Shown in pieces: positions 51,007-62,586 of a stretch of 64,000 nucleotides of DNA. Position 1 is the first letter of the stretch. Each line of letters begins with the position of its first letter. The stretch spans positions 45,386,001 to 45,450,000 of the forward strand of contig NC_087251.1 of assembly GCF_037042905.1 (NCBI RefSeq), in the 5' to 3' direction. This stretch comes from Lytechinus pictus (lineage: Eukaryota). The notes below the pieces were generated by a model. The model did no database searches. It saw only the letters and a list, made by a program, of their open reading frames with translations, and was not told the DNA's origin. The translations under genes were made by a program, and so were the position numbers.

Positions 51007-51190
51007 CATGACATCATCATCATCATCATCATCACCACCATCATCATCATTCATCACCATCATCATCATCAAAATCTTCATCATCATCATCATCATCGTC
51101 CTTCGTCGTCATCATCATCATCATTCATCATCATCACAACCACCATCACTGGCACCCCACCTCCATTATTAACATCATTATCATCAAATC
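50823..51190. repeat. Compound (ATC/CAT)n microsatellite, right flank of the LTR element
   Basis: Same unit; contains GGCACCCCACCTCCATTATTAAC twice. Confidence 0.95.
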
Positions 51191-52000
51191 AAAATGAATC
51201 AAATACTGCAATATGACAAATCATAATCATATGGTCATGTGAACACTTCCTTTCTTGCGTGAAGAGAAAGGGACCTTTAATTTAATGTGAAGGCTGTGAA
51301 GGTGAGGATTGGGCCGAGAGCACATTAATTTGATATCCATATGTACCCCTGTCAACTGTTTTGATTAACGCTAATACAACCGGAACACAAACATTCTCAA
51401 GTGTGTCAAGTCATGTATACTGGCTTTGAGCATGAGACTGTAACTACTCAAAGAAAATAGAATGGACAATTATTTGGAAAGAAAGCTAATACCAATTTAT
51501 GACAGTTTACACTATAATCTCACGAATTTGTATGAAACCACTTGGCAAATTTGTGGTGGCTTGGTTTAATTTTTTTTAAATACTGTGTATCAAGTGTATC
51601 TTTATATTTTTGTTTATTTAATTTCCAGGAACATATAACAATTAATAATGACAAGACAACAAATAAAAAAAAAAAAAACTTGACAATATATGAAACAAGC
51701 ATCAACCAATGAGCCGGGATCATCTGAAAGAAATTACATGTATTTGTTTAGGTTAATCAACATCCAGAAAAGTGATCAATAAAGCTGTCCTTAACAATTT
51801 GTCACACATAAAAACTTGACAAATGACTAGGACTGCATGTACATGTATGGCAAGGCAAAATGGGTATCTGAACTTTCTTTTAATAGCCAAAGTTGATACA
51901 TGCAGGATTTAACATTTGTTTCAGAAAGATCTTACCAGGTTGCATAAAAATTTAAAGTTCTTTGATTTTGTTTTTACTATGTGTTAAAGGTAAGACATAC

Positions 52001-52160
52001 CTGTTTCGGGATCCTCGTAAAGTGCTGCTACCTTGGCAACAAACGGCAGGTCTCGTTTCCTCAGGTCTGCTCTCAGTAAGACACAATCTCTGGTCTTGAT
52101 GACATCATCTTTCCTTCTGATGGACTCGTAGCAGAAACGCACCTCTTGGACACTCTCATT
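52001..52160 (-). CDS. BAHD1: BAHD1 BAH-domain exon, absent from the ORF track
   Basis: Acceptor ctcttcctttgtcag|AAT, donor ACAG|gtatgt. 160 nt, phase 0 in and 1 out. Encodes NESVQEVRFCYESIRRKDDVIKTRDCVLLRADLRKRDLPFVAKVAALYEDPET, like BAHD1 [33 protein letters not shown]. Confidence 0.95.
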
Positions 52161-52296
52161 CTGACAAAGGAAGAGAACGGAACAATCTTAAACAGTACTT
52201 ACATAATCAACTACTGAAGTAGTCCTGTTTCACATACATGTAGCAAGACATTTTGTAGTGGAAACTCATTCAATTTCAAAGTATTTGAAGTAATTT

Positions 52297-52765
52297 CCCC
52301 CAGGGGGGGCCAGTCAAACATATTGCTGTACACATGCGTGACCAAGAAATTTCCAAACACCCCCTAAACGAGTTTTTCTCAGGGTGCAAAATAAATAATT
52401 TAATAAAATAAACAACTTTTTCGCGGGCTTTATTCACACATTTTGGCCCCTAAACAAGATGTCGCCAAAATATGACCTCGGGGGAAAAAGCTTGGGAAAA
52501 AAAATACCCTAGACACGTTTGGCTAGTCTTAAAAAAAAAGCTTTGGGGGAAAAAACACACCCTAAATACATGTACGTTTGACCCCGCGATTGACCATTGA
52601 CCAGTCTTTCAAAACCACCCTTTTTCTTGAAAATCAGTGTTTTTGATACCCGTAACGAGTCCACGCGCGGACCGCGTACAACACTGAAAAAACACCCCTT
52701 TTAACGCGTTTTTTGGTCACGCGTGTGTACAGCAATATATTTGACTGCCCCCCCCCCCCCCGGGG
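52297..52765. mobile_element. CCC...GGG-ended MITE with ~45-bp TIR
   Basis: CAGTCAAACATATTGCTGTACACATGCGTGACC inverted at both ends; TAATTT on both flanks. Confidence 0.8.
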
Positions 52766-52805
52766 TAATTTCTTTTTTAGTTTTTACCAATTTATGTTTA
52801 CTATA

Positions 52806-52862
52806 TTAAAAGTGTCTGTGGATGGATTCACAGCAGTAACGCACCTCTTGGACACTCTCATT
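52806..52862 (-). pseudogene. Partial duplicate of the BAHD1 BAH exon 5' end, AG acceptor retained
   Basis: cag|AATGAGAGTGTCCAAGAGGTGCGTT; 38/42 nt identical to the real exon start; reads NESVQEVRYCCESIHRHF*. Confidence 0.8.
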
Positions 52863-55130
52863 CTGATCGGCAGACAAAGTTCTAGAGAACAACACAGAAA
52901 TAATCAACTAACCAAGAACTGAAGAACTGTTTCATAACACATGCATTTTGTTATGAAAGCTAATTCAAACAGAGTGATTATTATTCCAAATAATTTCTTT
53001 TATACCTATGATGTTGCAAAGCTGGTGTCTGTGGACAATAAGAATTCTCCCGATCATAGAAATATGGGTACATTTAGGTTTTACACAACTAATATAGGCA
53101 TACAAAATAAAGCCAATTGCATATCACTCTCATTTATCATTAACACAAGGTTTTGATGTAACAAGTTATCTTCAATACAATTTATTATGAGAATGCTAAA
53201 TTTTACATGTACAACAAAATCTCTGGGTTCATAAAAGGAAAAAAAAAATATTGAGGAAGTTGTTCATCATTCAAGTCTTATTTAATTTTACTTGTTATGA
53301 TATTCTGTTTTCTTTATCCAACTACATGTACAATGTCCTTGTTAACCCATAAGACTTTATCAAATATATGGATAAATGTTATGTACATGCATGTATGTAC
53401 ATGTACACATGTAGTATGAGTCAGAACTGTTTTATATTTAAAAAACACCTTAGAGACTTTAATTATCAGTTGCCAATTTGCATCTTCAAAAATTGCAGAG
53501 ATGTCTCCTAAAGCTCCAAAAGGAGATTTTATAAATGTAGTCATGTCCACTTCATAGTGGTATACAATATAGAAGTTTTGGCTGACATCGAAAATTTGAA
53601 AAAAAAAGTGCTCTCAGATTTCAAGTAAAATAGTGTATTTCAAATACCCCACTGAAAAAAAATGATGTTAATTTATTTGCTAAGCCATAATTCACAATAA
53701 ACGTATATACTCTAAAGGTTTAATAGCATCTGTCTACAATGTATGCCAGCTGAAATCCAATTGCACAGGGTACTGGTGCTCAATCACATGTATTTTCAAT
53801 TTAACAAGAAAGCTGTAAATACAATATGGCTTTTAAACTTGACCTATGATCTCTATATATGAAAGCAGTCTTGATGATCAGACACTTTGTTGCATTGCAA
53901 ACTCTTTTCCTTCTATGATTTTCTGCGGTTGAATGGAACACATAAATCTATATCAATGCCTGTTAAATCTTTATGATTACAAAATAACTAAGCATGTACA
54001 GTACATGGACATTACACAATCTAATCTATCGTTGAAATGATCCTCATCATTAGCTCTGTTCTATCAATTAAAACCACGTTATCACATCCAAAGATTACAA
54101 AATGTATCATAATGTATACAAATATTGACTGCACATGAGAATGACTGTGTAAATTTATCATTCCCAAGGTGCATTCATACCAGCCCTTCTATCACCCCCC
54201 CCCCCCCCCGAGTCCTTGGCCCAGGGTTGAAAGAAGGGGGCCCAGTATGAAAAGCACCGAGGGAATGATGATTTTTACTGTCATCTGAATAAAGAGCAGT
54301 CCATGTTTGTTTTATACATGTATATACCTCATTGTTAATCACATCAGCCTAGACCTACGGGTTTCAATTTTAGGACCACTCTCTAATTTGATTTGTTATG
54401 TCCCTTTCATACTGGCCTCTTCCTTTTTCCCCAGCAAACTTCTCCGGCAAGCATTCCTCACTTTCCCCAGCAAAGAGAAAACTGTGCCCTTTTGCATCAA
54501 CATCTCTTCCCTGGCGAAAGTCGATGGGCGATTTGCCCGGGCGGAGGTGCAGACCGGGGTAAAATGAAGGCCAGCGCTTTTTTAATTTTCCGATATATCG
54601 CAATACAGAAATCAACGTTTAATACTCATTAGCCTGAGCTGAACAAGCTCAGCACGTGCACAATGAACAAAAAGAAAATTGTCAACATTGCTTCTTATCA
54701 AGTACTAAAGGTATTAAAAAGTTTAAATTACAATATCTTTTAGAAAGATTAAAAGAAAAAAAAATCAGAGTATTTCAATATTTTCAGTGCATCTTTAGCA
54801 TGTAAAAGATGCTTTTATCATAAATATCATTAGTAAAAAAGAAACGGTATGTTCGAGGGTATTTAACTCTATGGATTGATCGGTCCTCCGCTTTATTCAG
54901 CATGCAGAATCTCGGTTCAGAGTATTTTCGGGATATGAAATTTGACCTCTGACGTCATTAAAGCAGAGAAGTTCTCACGGTGAGCTTTCATATTGGCCTT
55001 TTCACTTGCAAACTTCGCCGGGGACGTTCTCCTGTGTACCTTTCATACACTGGACACTTTCCCCTTTGCTGGTGAAGTTCACCGGCGAAAAGCAGTCTTA
55101 TGTAAGTGGAATAATCACTTTGTAATTTAA

Positions 55131-55310
55131 ACTGGGCGTTGTTGTGGCGTGCGCCTGTAATCCAAACTGTGGGGAAGTTCCAAATTGACGCAAAGGTTCG
55201 AGCCCTGGTCACATCTTTCGGCTGGTGACTATAAAGGTCGGTCCCAGACGTAAATAATCATATCTGATTGATACACATCTGACAAAACTCAAATACACAC
55301 ACACACACAC
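55131..55310 (+). mobile_element. Putative 7SL-derived SINE: Alu-domain head, Deu/Nin-like body, (CA)n tail
   Basis: ACTGGGCGTTGTTGTGGCGTGCGCCTGTAATCC resembles the 7SL/Alu 5' end. B-box GGTTCGAGCC at 55195; (CA)n tail. No TSD seen. Confidence 0.65.
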
Positions 55311-57022
55311 GAGCTGCACTGCTATGGCCAGCCAGGGCACCATTGGCTGCGCACACATGACCCGAGCAGTAGCATGAAAAGCGCAGCAGCAGTCAGTTAA
55401 TGTTCAATAGCTCTAGCCAGGTAGATGCGCGCTTTATAGCAACATAACTTGCGGTCCCGCTCTCAGGTGATATAAGTACTATCAGAGGGTTCGATAGAAG
55501 AAATTGACAGTAAGTAAAAGCCCTAAGATGATGATAGACGGCATAGCACCTCGTCACATGATGCAGTTTTGACCAATCAGTGATAACTATCTTAGTATGA
55601 GGTATATAATAAATTATGTTCCACTGCTAAAATGAACTAAAACGTACATGTACATGTACCTGAAAGCTAACAATGGCAATGTCAGAATAAAGAAATAAAA
55701 ACTTGTTCCATCTCCTCTTTAAAAAGCAGATCTATACAAATATTGTACCAAAGAAAGAGTATTTCAACAAAAGATTAAAACTATTGTCACTCAGAATTGA
55801 GTGTCATTTCTAAACTACTCATGTACATGTACATTGTATTGATTGCCCTTTTCATTTTCATGACGACCGCTGTACCGAAATGACACATTGATTAAACACA
55901 TCAGAAGCGACGAAAGCCTGCCAATAGAGACTAAGTATCATTATTCTGATCGGAGTGTTTAGAGTATTTACACTCAACTTATCACTTGGCATATTACGGA
56001 TGACAGCCTGACTGGGCTGGGTGCCACATGAAATTTGTAGGGTTGCATTTCATACATATTGCAAAGGATTCACAAGCTAATACATGAAAGAGTGATTGTC
56101 TCCCAGACTCTCCGGGTATGATGCGCCATACAGAAGCGAAGTGGTATACATACCGTATTTGAAACTTAACCCAGAAGAAAGAGATCGGTTGCAAACAAGG
56201 AGACGCTTTTGTTCAAGTACAAATAATCTACCCCAAATTATCCACAGTGATTCTTCATCCACATGATCCAAAAGCAATATTGTAATGTTATCGTAATACA
56301 TGTACCAAAACTACCAGTATAAATGCAAATTGATGAATTACAGCAAAACTAAAAATCTAATTATTATGATGAAGAAGTAGATCATAAATGACACATATAT
56401 CAATAGCTTAAATATCACCCCAACATTTATGATTCTGTCTATTTGGTAAAATATTATAATCACAAACATAAAAAATAAATGCATATCCATGAAAATTGAA
56501 TTTCCATTAAATGTGATCACATTTTTGAAATTCAGTAATTTTGAGCCAAATGTAGTATTGTCACACAAGAGGATTGAGTGGATGGGGGATACACTACACT
56601 ACAGGCGACCAGCAACTCCACCCCTAAACTTGTCTTTGCTTGGTCAAAATAATACTTAAAGACCAACTTAATAACCATCATCAATGTAGCCCTGAAAATT
56701 CTGTACAAATATGAAAGGGGGAAAATACCCTGAACACGATCCTTTTCTGATTGGTTATTTATGATACCCTAACACACCATGCACGTACACTGTATGATAT
56801 TAAGCCAATTACAATAGAGCAAAAACATGTACTTCTCATCACGTTTGTGAATGTGTAGGCCCCTACCTAGTGATATATTTCTGCCCCCCCCCCCCCCCTA
56901 GACTTAAATATGATCCACATGTGAATAAACAAAATATACCCTTTTCTTTTTTAGGACACAATATAACACATCTGAGTATCTATTTCGGACTAAATTTAAA
57001 GATAAAGGAAAAATTTGCTTAC

Positions 57023-57243
57023 ATTAATGATAACAGGTTTCTGCACTGGATTGCCTTCCCCTCGCCATCCATTGGTAGATTTCCTTCGATGAAAGGGTTT
57101 GAGACCGGGCCTTTTCACCACCTTCCGAACGACTTTCGACTTGGAGTTGATGAACTCCGTGACGGTAGTTCCACCGTCGTTAGGCTGGGGGACTGTAACT
57201 ATTGTACCATTGTTTGGCGTACCGTTTGATGCATGCAAATTTC
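57023..57243 (-). CDS. BAHD1: BAHD1 coding exon, basic stretch plus TNGW motif before the BAH domain
   Basis: Acceptor tctctcttctcacag|GA, donor AAT|gtaagc. 221 nt, phase 1 in and 0 out. HRRKSTNGWRGEGNPVQKPVIIN resembles vertebrate BAHD1 [22 protein letters not shown] (from memory). Confidence 0.9.
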
Positions 57244-57808
57244 CTGTGAGAAGAGAGAATCAATTATTGTCAATATCACATTCTCATGCTCATATGTATG
57301 TAGTAAATCTGCTCAGTTTAAATTAACTGAATGAATAAATCTAATGATAATAAAAAAATAACATTGTAAACCAACAATTGTGTGATCAAATTTCGCATCA
57401 TTCATCAATAAGTAGGCCTATACATTTAGAAACATACATATACAGTATAAGCAAATTGATTATTGAATTACATGTACACAGTAGCTTGGCATAGATTTGA
57501 ACGACATAGATGAAACACAAATTCATTAGCTTCTAAAATATTGTACAACTTTGTGTGAAGTACATACTGCCGCACTTGATGTCATATTCCAGTTGTTGTA
57601 AGCCTACATGTAGTTTCCCTGTTGGTGCTATTATTTTCGGTAAATTTTTGAAGCCCTTGTCAACTGTACTGTAAATGGCGAAAATGAGGCTGCTTTAATC
57701 ATTTAATTGGGCTTGGATGAAGTGCAAAGTTTCCACTTGGGTTCTGGAAATTCCAAAATCTTTCTACTTTAAACATTAATAGGCAAGATGGGGGAACCCG
57801 TAACAGAG

Positions 57809-58785
57809 AACAAGTGGAGCGCCTCTGGCAGTCTCACCTGCATCATGCGATTCAATATAGCAGCAGTGCTGACTTTGAAAACTACTATAATTATTCACAA
57901 AAAACACAATTCATATAATGATACAATATGTTCATTGACAATAAATGACATTTGACCTTGATCATGCGACCTAAGACTTGTCAGTGATACTTGATTACCC
58001 ATATATCCACATCTGATTATCTATAAACTTGAAAGTTATGACAGCAATCTAATAATTACCTCCAAAATGGCCAAAGTTCATTGACCTTAGATGACCTTTG
58101 ACTTTGGTCATGTGACCTGAAACTCATGTGAGATGTTCAGTGATACCTGATTACTCTTATGTCCAAATTCTATGAACTAGAGCGATGCACTTTCGGAGTT
58201 ATGATGTTTATTCAACAATTCCCCCCAACATGGCCAAATTCATTTACCTTTGTCATGTGACCTAAAACTTGCACAGGATGTTCAGTGATACTTGACTACT
58301 CTTATGTCCAAGTTTTATGAACTACATGTAGACCAATACACTTACAAAGTTATGATGGTAATTCAACAAATACCCCCAACATGGCCAAAGTTCATTGACC
58401 TTAAATGACCTTTGACCTTGGTCATGTGACCTGAAACTTGCACAGGACGTTCAGTGATACTTGATTACCGGTACTTTTATTTCCAAGTTTTATGAAATCA
58501 GATCCACAAACTTTTAAATTTATGATGGTAATTCAACAAATACCCCCAACTTGGTCAAAGTTCATTTACCCTAAATGACCTTCGACCATGGTCATGTGAC
58601 TTGAAACTCAGGCAGGATGTTCAGTAATACTTGATTAACCTTATGTCCAAGTTTCATGAACTAGGTCCATATACTTTCTAAGTTATGCTGTCATTTCAAA
58701 AACTTAATTTTCTGTTAAGATTTGATGTTGATGCCGTCGGAAAACTGGCGCCTATAGTCTCACTCCGCTATACAGGTGAGACAAA
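57809..58785 (-). mobile_element. HINE-like element, older copy
   Basis: Same termini and tandem units, more diverged. Confidence 0.8.
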
Positions 58786-59848
58786 ACTTTGAAATACGGG
58801 AATTTAAAATGTAGCACAACTTGTCAACTAACCACTACCCTCAAAAGACAGACTATAATATATAATTAATTAATTATACAAAGAGAAAAACACAGAGCAA
58901 ATACATATAGATGCTGAGAATTCACAATGGGGAGAAGGAGAAAAAAAGTGCATGAACTGTACATGTAGGCCTATTGGAAGGAGGAAAAGTGGATATTAGA
59001 CAGAGGTGATACAAAATAGATCGTGGAAGGATGCCATGGCAAAAAATAGACGAGTTCAGAATAAATCAGAAAGGGAGCATTTTATAAAGAGTTTGGTCAG
59101 AAATTCCACTGACTAATTTGTTCTCAGCCAATCAGATGCAAGGATTTCAGTAACAATTGTCAGTGTAAATCACCTACTGTTTGTTTCATGAAACCCTTAC
59201 CCGAAAAGGGGAAATCCACAGGAGAGCCAAGGGAAATTAGAGAAAAACAAGAAGAGAAGACCGTCAGTCAGGAAATTGAATACAGGTTGCGAAAGCTTCA
59301 CCAATTGTCTGTTTCATTATTTGCACCCATAAAGTGGAAGATTTGACACTGATGGCCAATATCAGTTTCTTACGAGGAAAAATATATCATTACACTGTTC
59401 CAACATATTACACTGTACATGTGCCTTGACATTTACTTTTTCTCAGTATGCTGTATTCTACGGTGTGTCGAGTGTCTGATGTTTCCATGTAACATGTATG
59501 AATATTTGGATCTGGATTAAACCCCATTGGAAACGAGCCATCTCGGCTTTCAATAGCTTTCCCGTCACAGTATTTTGATACTTTTTATCTCATGAATACT
59601 TGCATCTGTTATGACATAATGTATCTGGGGAATAAAATGAATCAACAAATCAATTGATTGTGAATAATCATTTTTATTAAATCTACTACCATAGTGTGTT
59701 TAAAACTCAAACTTCAAAGTTTTCATAATCATATATAAGATAACCTATTTATAATTTCAAACATTTATCACCCTCCTCATCATACTTGTAAATTTTCTTG
59801 CATTGAAATCTACAGTACAATAATCTTGTTTCACAATCTACATAAATG

Positions 59849-60105
59849 TAATAATATAGGATTTGTATAGCTCAAGGTGCTCAAGGCGCTCCTATATTAC
59901 CCCGGCTAAGCTAGTCTACCGATTCTGGTGCACACAGCTTTTTGAGGAATTTCTTCCTGCCAATACCCATTTACCTCACCTGGGTCGAGTGCAGCACAGT
60001 GTGGATAAATTTCTTGCTGAAGGAAAACACGCCATGGCTAGGATTCGAACCCACAACCCTCTGTTTGAAAGGCGACAGTCAGAACCACTAGACCACGACG
60101 CGCCC
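59849..60105 (-). mobile_element. tRNA-derived SINE, family A
   Basis: Head, core and short (TAT)n tail as in the other copies. Confidence 0.82.
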
Positions 60106-60749
60106 ACATGTACGCGAATTCAAGGAATATATAGTGCTTGAAAATGCATGTTTTTCAAATAAATTTTATTCATAAAATCAATAAATTTTTTGCATTTGCA
60201 AACATCTTTAGAAATATGTAAAGTCTACAACTTTCCTTTGATCAATATAAAACAGTATGTACGTGTCAGTCATTGCTGCTTTTTTACTTTCTTCATTTAT
60301 TATGCTTACTGTTCTCTGTTAATATGTTGTGGTATCACTGTCTATTCTCACGGGATCAATATACATAATCAGAGCTAAAACACACATCAAAGACATCCCT
60401 CCAGGCACAGTCCCCCTTCACTTTGTATTTGCTTGTGAGATTGAATTCACCTACAGACAAGAAAGCGGCTTTGTGCTGATTTAACACTCGGGGAAACACA
60501 TTGACCCTGGCATTTGTCTGTGCTGTGCAACTCAACTGTACATGTTTACACGTCGTCGAATGGAGAGAAGCAAAGCGTGTTGTGAACATACATGTACAGG
60601 GGATGAGACCCCAGGGATCTTAGATGGTATCAAATGAATGACTGATTTCTATATATGAAGTTGGCTATGTTACAATGATGGTTTCATGTCTTTCTGTCTC
60701 CCGTTTTGCACATCGAGTGAATGGCTTTTAATAGGAATTTCCATGTTAA

Positions 60750-61351
60750 AGGGATGGTCCGGGCCGAAAATATTTATAACTAAATAAATATAACAAAATT
60801 CACAGAGCAAAATGCTGAAAATTTCATCAAAATCGGATGACAAATAACAAAGTTATTGAATTTTAATGTTTATCAATATTTTGTGAAAACAGTTACATGT
60901 ATATATGCACATCGTCATGAATATTCATTAGGTGGGCTGATGATGTCACATCTCCACTTTCCTTTTTCTTATGTTATTACATGAAATCATGTTTCATTTT
61001 TTCATACCTGTGTAAATGATGTGTCTGCATCATAATGAAATAAGTTGCGGCAATAAATAATGCACTCAATCAATTGTCAATCCAATTGTTTTAGTTTTTG
61101 GTAGAAATTTTTTGAATAAACCTAATTTCATATAATAAAATACAAAAGAACAAGTGGGGATATGACATCATCAGCCCACATAATAAATATTCATAAAGAC
61201 ATGCCTTGAACTGTTTCACCAGTATAATACAAATCTTTAAAATTCAATAACTTTGTTATTTGTTATCCGATTTTGATCAAATTTTCAGCATTTTGCTCTG
61301 TGAATTTTACTCTTTATTGAGATATAAATATTTTCAGCCTGGACCATCCCT
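60750..61351. mobile_element. Kolobok-like MITE, related subfamily
   Basis: TTAA|AGGGATGGTCC...GGACCATCCCT; shares the internal GAAAATTTCATCAAAATCGGAT motif. Confidence 0.85.
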
Positions 61352-62586
61352 TTTATTGAAATGTACATGAAAATATACATGTAAGGAAACTTAGTTTGAT
61401 AATCTTGTTAATAGCCTAGAAAAATGCACATAGGGCCTACATGTAAGGTAACTAAAAAGTTTAATAATCTCTATGGTAGCGATTTGAATTTCAAATGAAG
61501 GTTAATGAAGAGAAATAGTGAAAAATCTATGTACAGTATAAAGTATAGGCAATAATTACAGACTTGGAATATTAGTTTTGAGTTAATAACTGGAGCTCTG
61601 TCAATTCACTCTACATTGTTGCAGGTATTTGAATGAGACATGTCAATTTTAAACTCAGGAATACTCTGAAAGTAGTCAGCTGTATGAATTTTCATTATTT
61701 TTAGTTTTTACTGCAGAATGAAACAAAATATCAGACTTAGATGTATGCCACACTCTCTGCATGCATTTGCATACAAGAGAACTACGAGGAAGAGACAAAG
61801 GGAAAGAGTGAGAGTAGAAGAGAGACAGAGCGAGTGTGGAAGGGAGAGGGGGGGGGGACACCTTGCAGTAGCATGGGAGTAGTCACTCTTCTGAAGGTGT
61901 ACAATTTGTCACAATCGCCGTAGCCGCATGGTGTGGCTACACTGGACGCATGCCATACAGACGAGCTGCAAGTCAGATTGAAGCTACCCCTACCGTCTGG
62001 CTTATAAATAGCTTACACAGGTGTCTGATGCCGTGATCTCTCTAATGAGCTCTACGAGGGCCATAATATACACACCCCAGCATGGACATAGCCAAGAGGT
62101 ACATGTAAACATGTCGAGCAGGCCTAGCCTGCTGATTTACAAGCAATGATACAACTTGGTACACGATGCAAAGGACATGTAATAAACAACTATGAAGAGG
62201 AAATATATTTGATTTCATACTGGAGTGATTTAAATTGAAACTATTAAAAAGAAACATGTGGAATAGACATTTGGTGAGAATTGTTCCTTGTTGGATCTAA
62301 TGTATGGTGCACCCGAGGTTATATACCAATTTCCTAATAAATATTATGTCATGATATAAAAGGGGTTCAATTAATCCAAGACCATGACTTTGGGTGCCCT
62401 ATTGGCCCAAATGTCCCTCTCATTGGCCTTAAGATATTTTGTTTTCCCTTTTTACTTTTTTTTTTTGCCAATTGTGCTTTATTATTTATATAACAGTAGC
62501 CTTTCACTACAAAATATCAAACTTAATGGCCTGCATGAGTACCATAGATTTATATACATGTATGTGAATCAGAACTTTGAGCTTAC

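Larger units (their letters stand above)
12026..52000 (-). other. BAHD1: 39,975-bp BAHD1 intron within the BAH domain
   Basis: GT...AG ends. The flanking exons join in frame as YEDPET-G-DLMMSLLWYY with no missing residues. Confidence 0.88.

Noticed and set aside
55131..55210. Functional 7SL (SRP) RNA gene
   Set aside because: Only the 5' Alu portion is present; no S domain or 3' Alu strand, and a (CA)n tail follows.
57781..57790. AGGCAAGATG, the first 10 nt of miR-31
   Set aside because: The match ends at 10 nt and no precursor hairpin is evident.
62507..62586. C-terminal tail of the 467-aa ORF
   Set aside because: It lies past a strong GTAAGC donor whose phase fits the next exon, so it is intronic.
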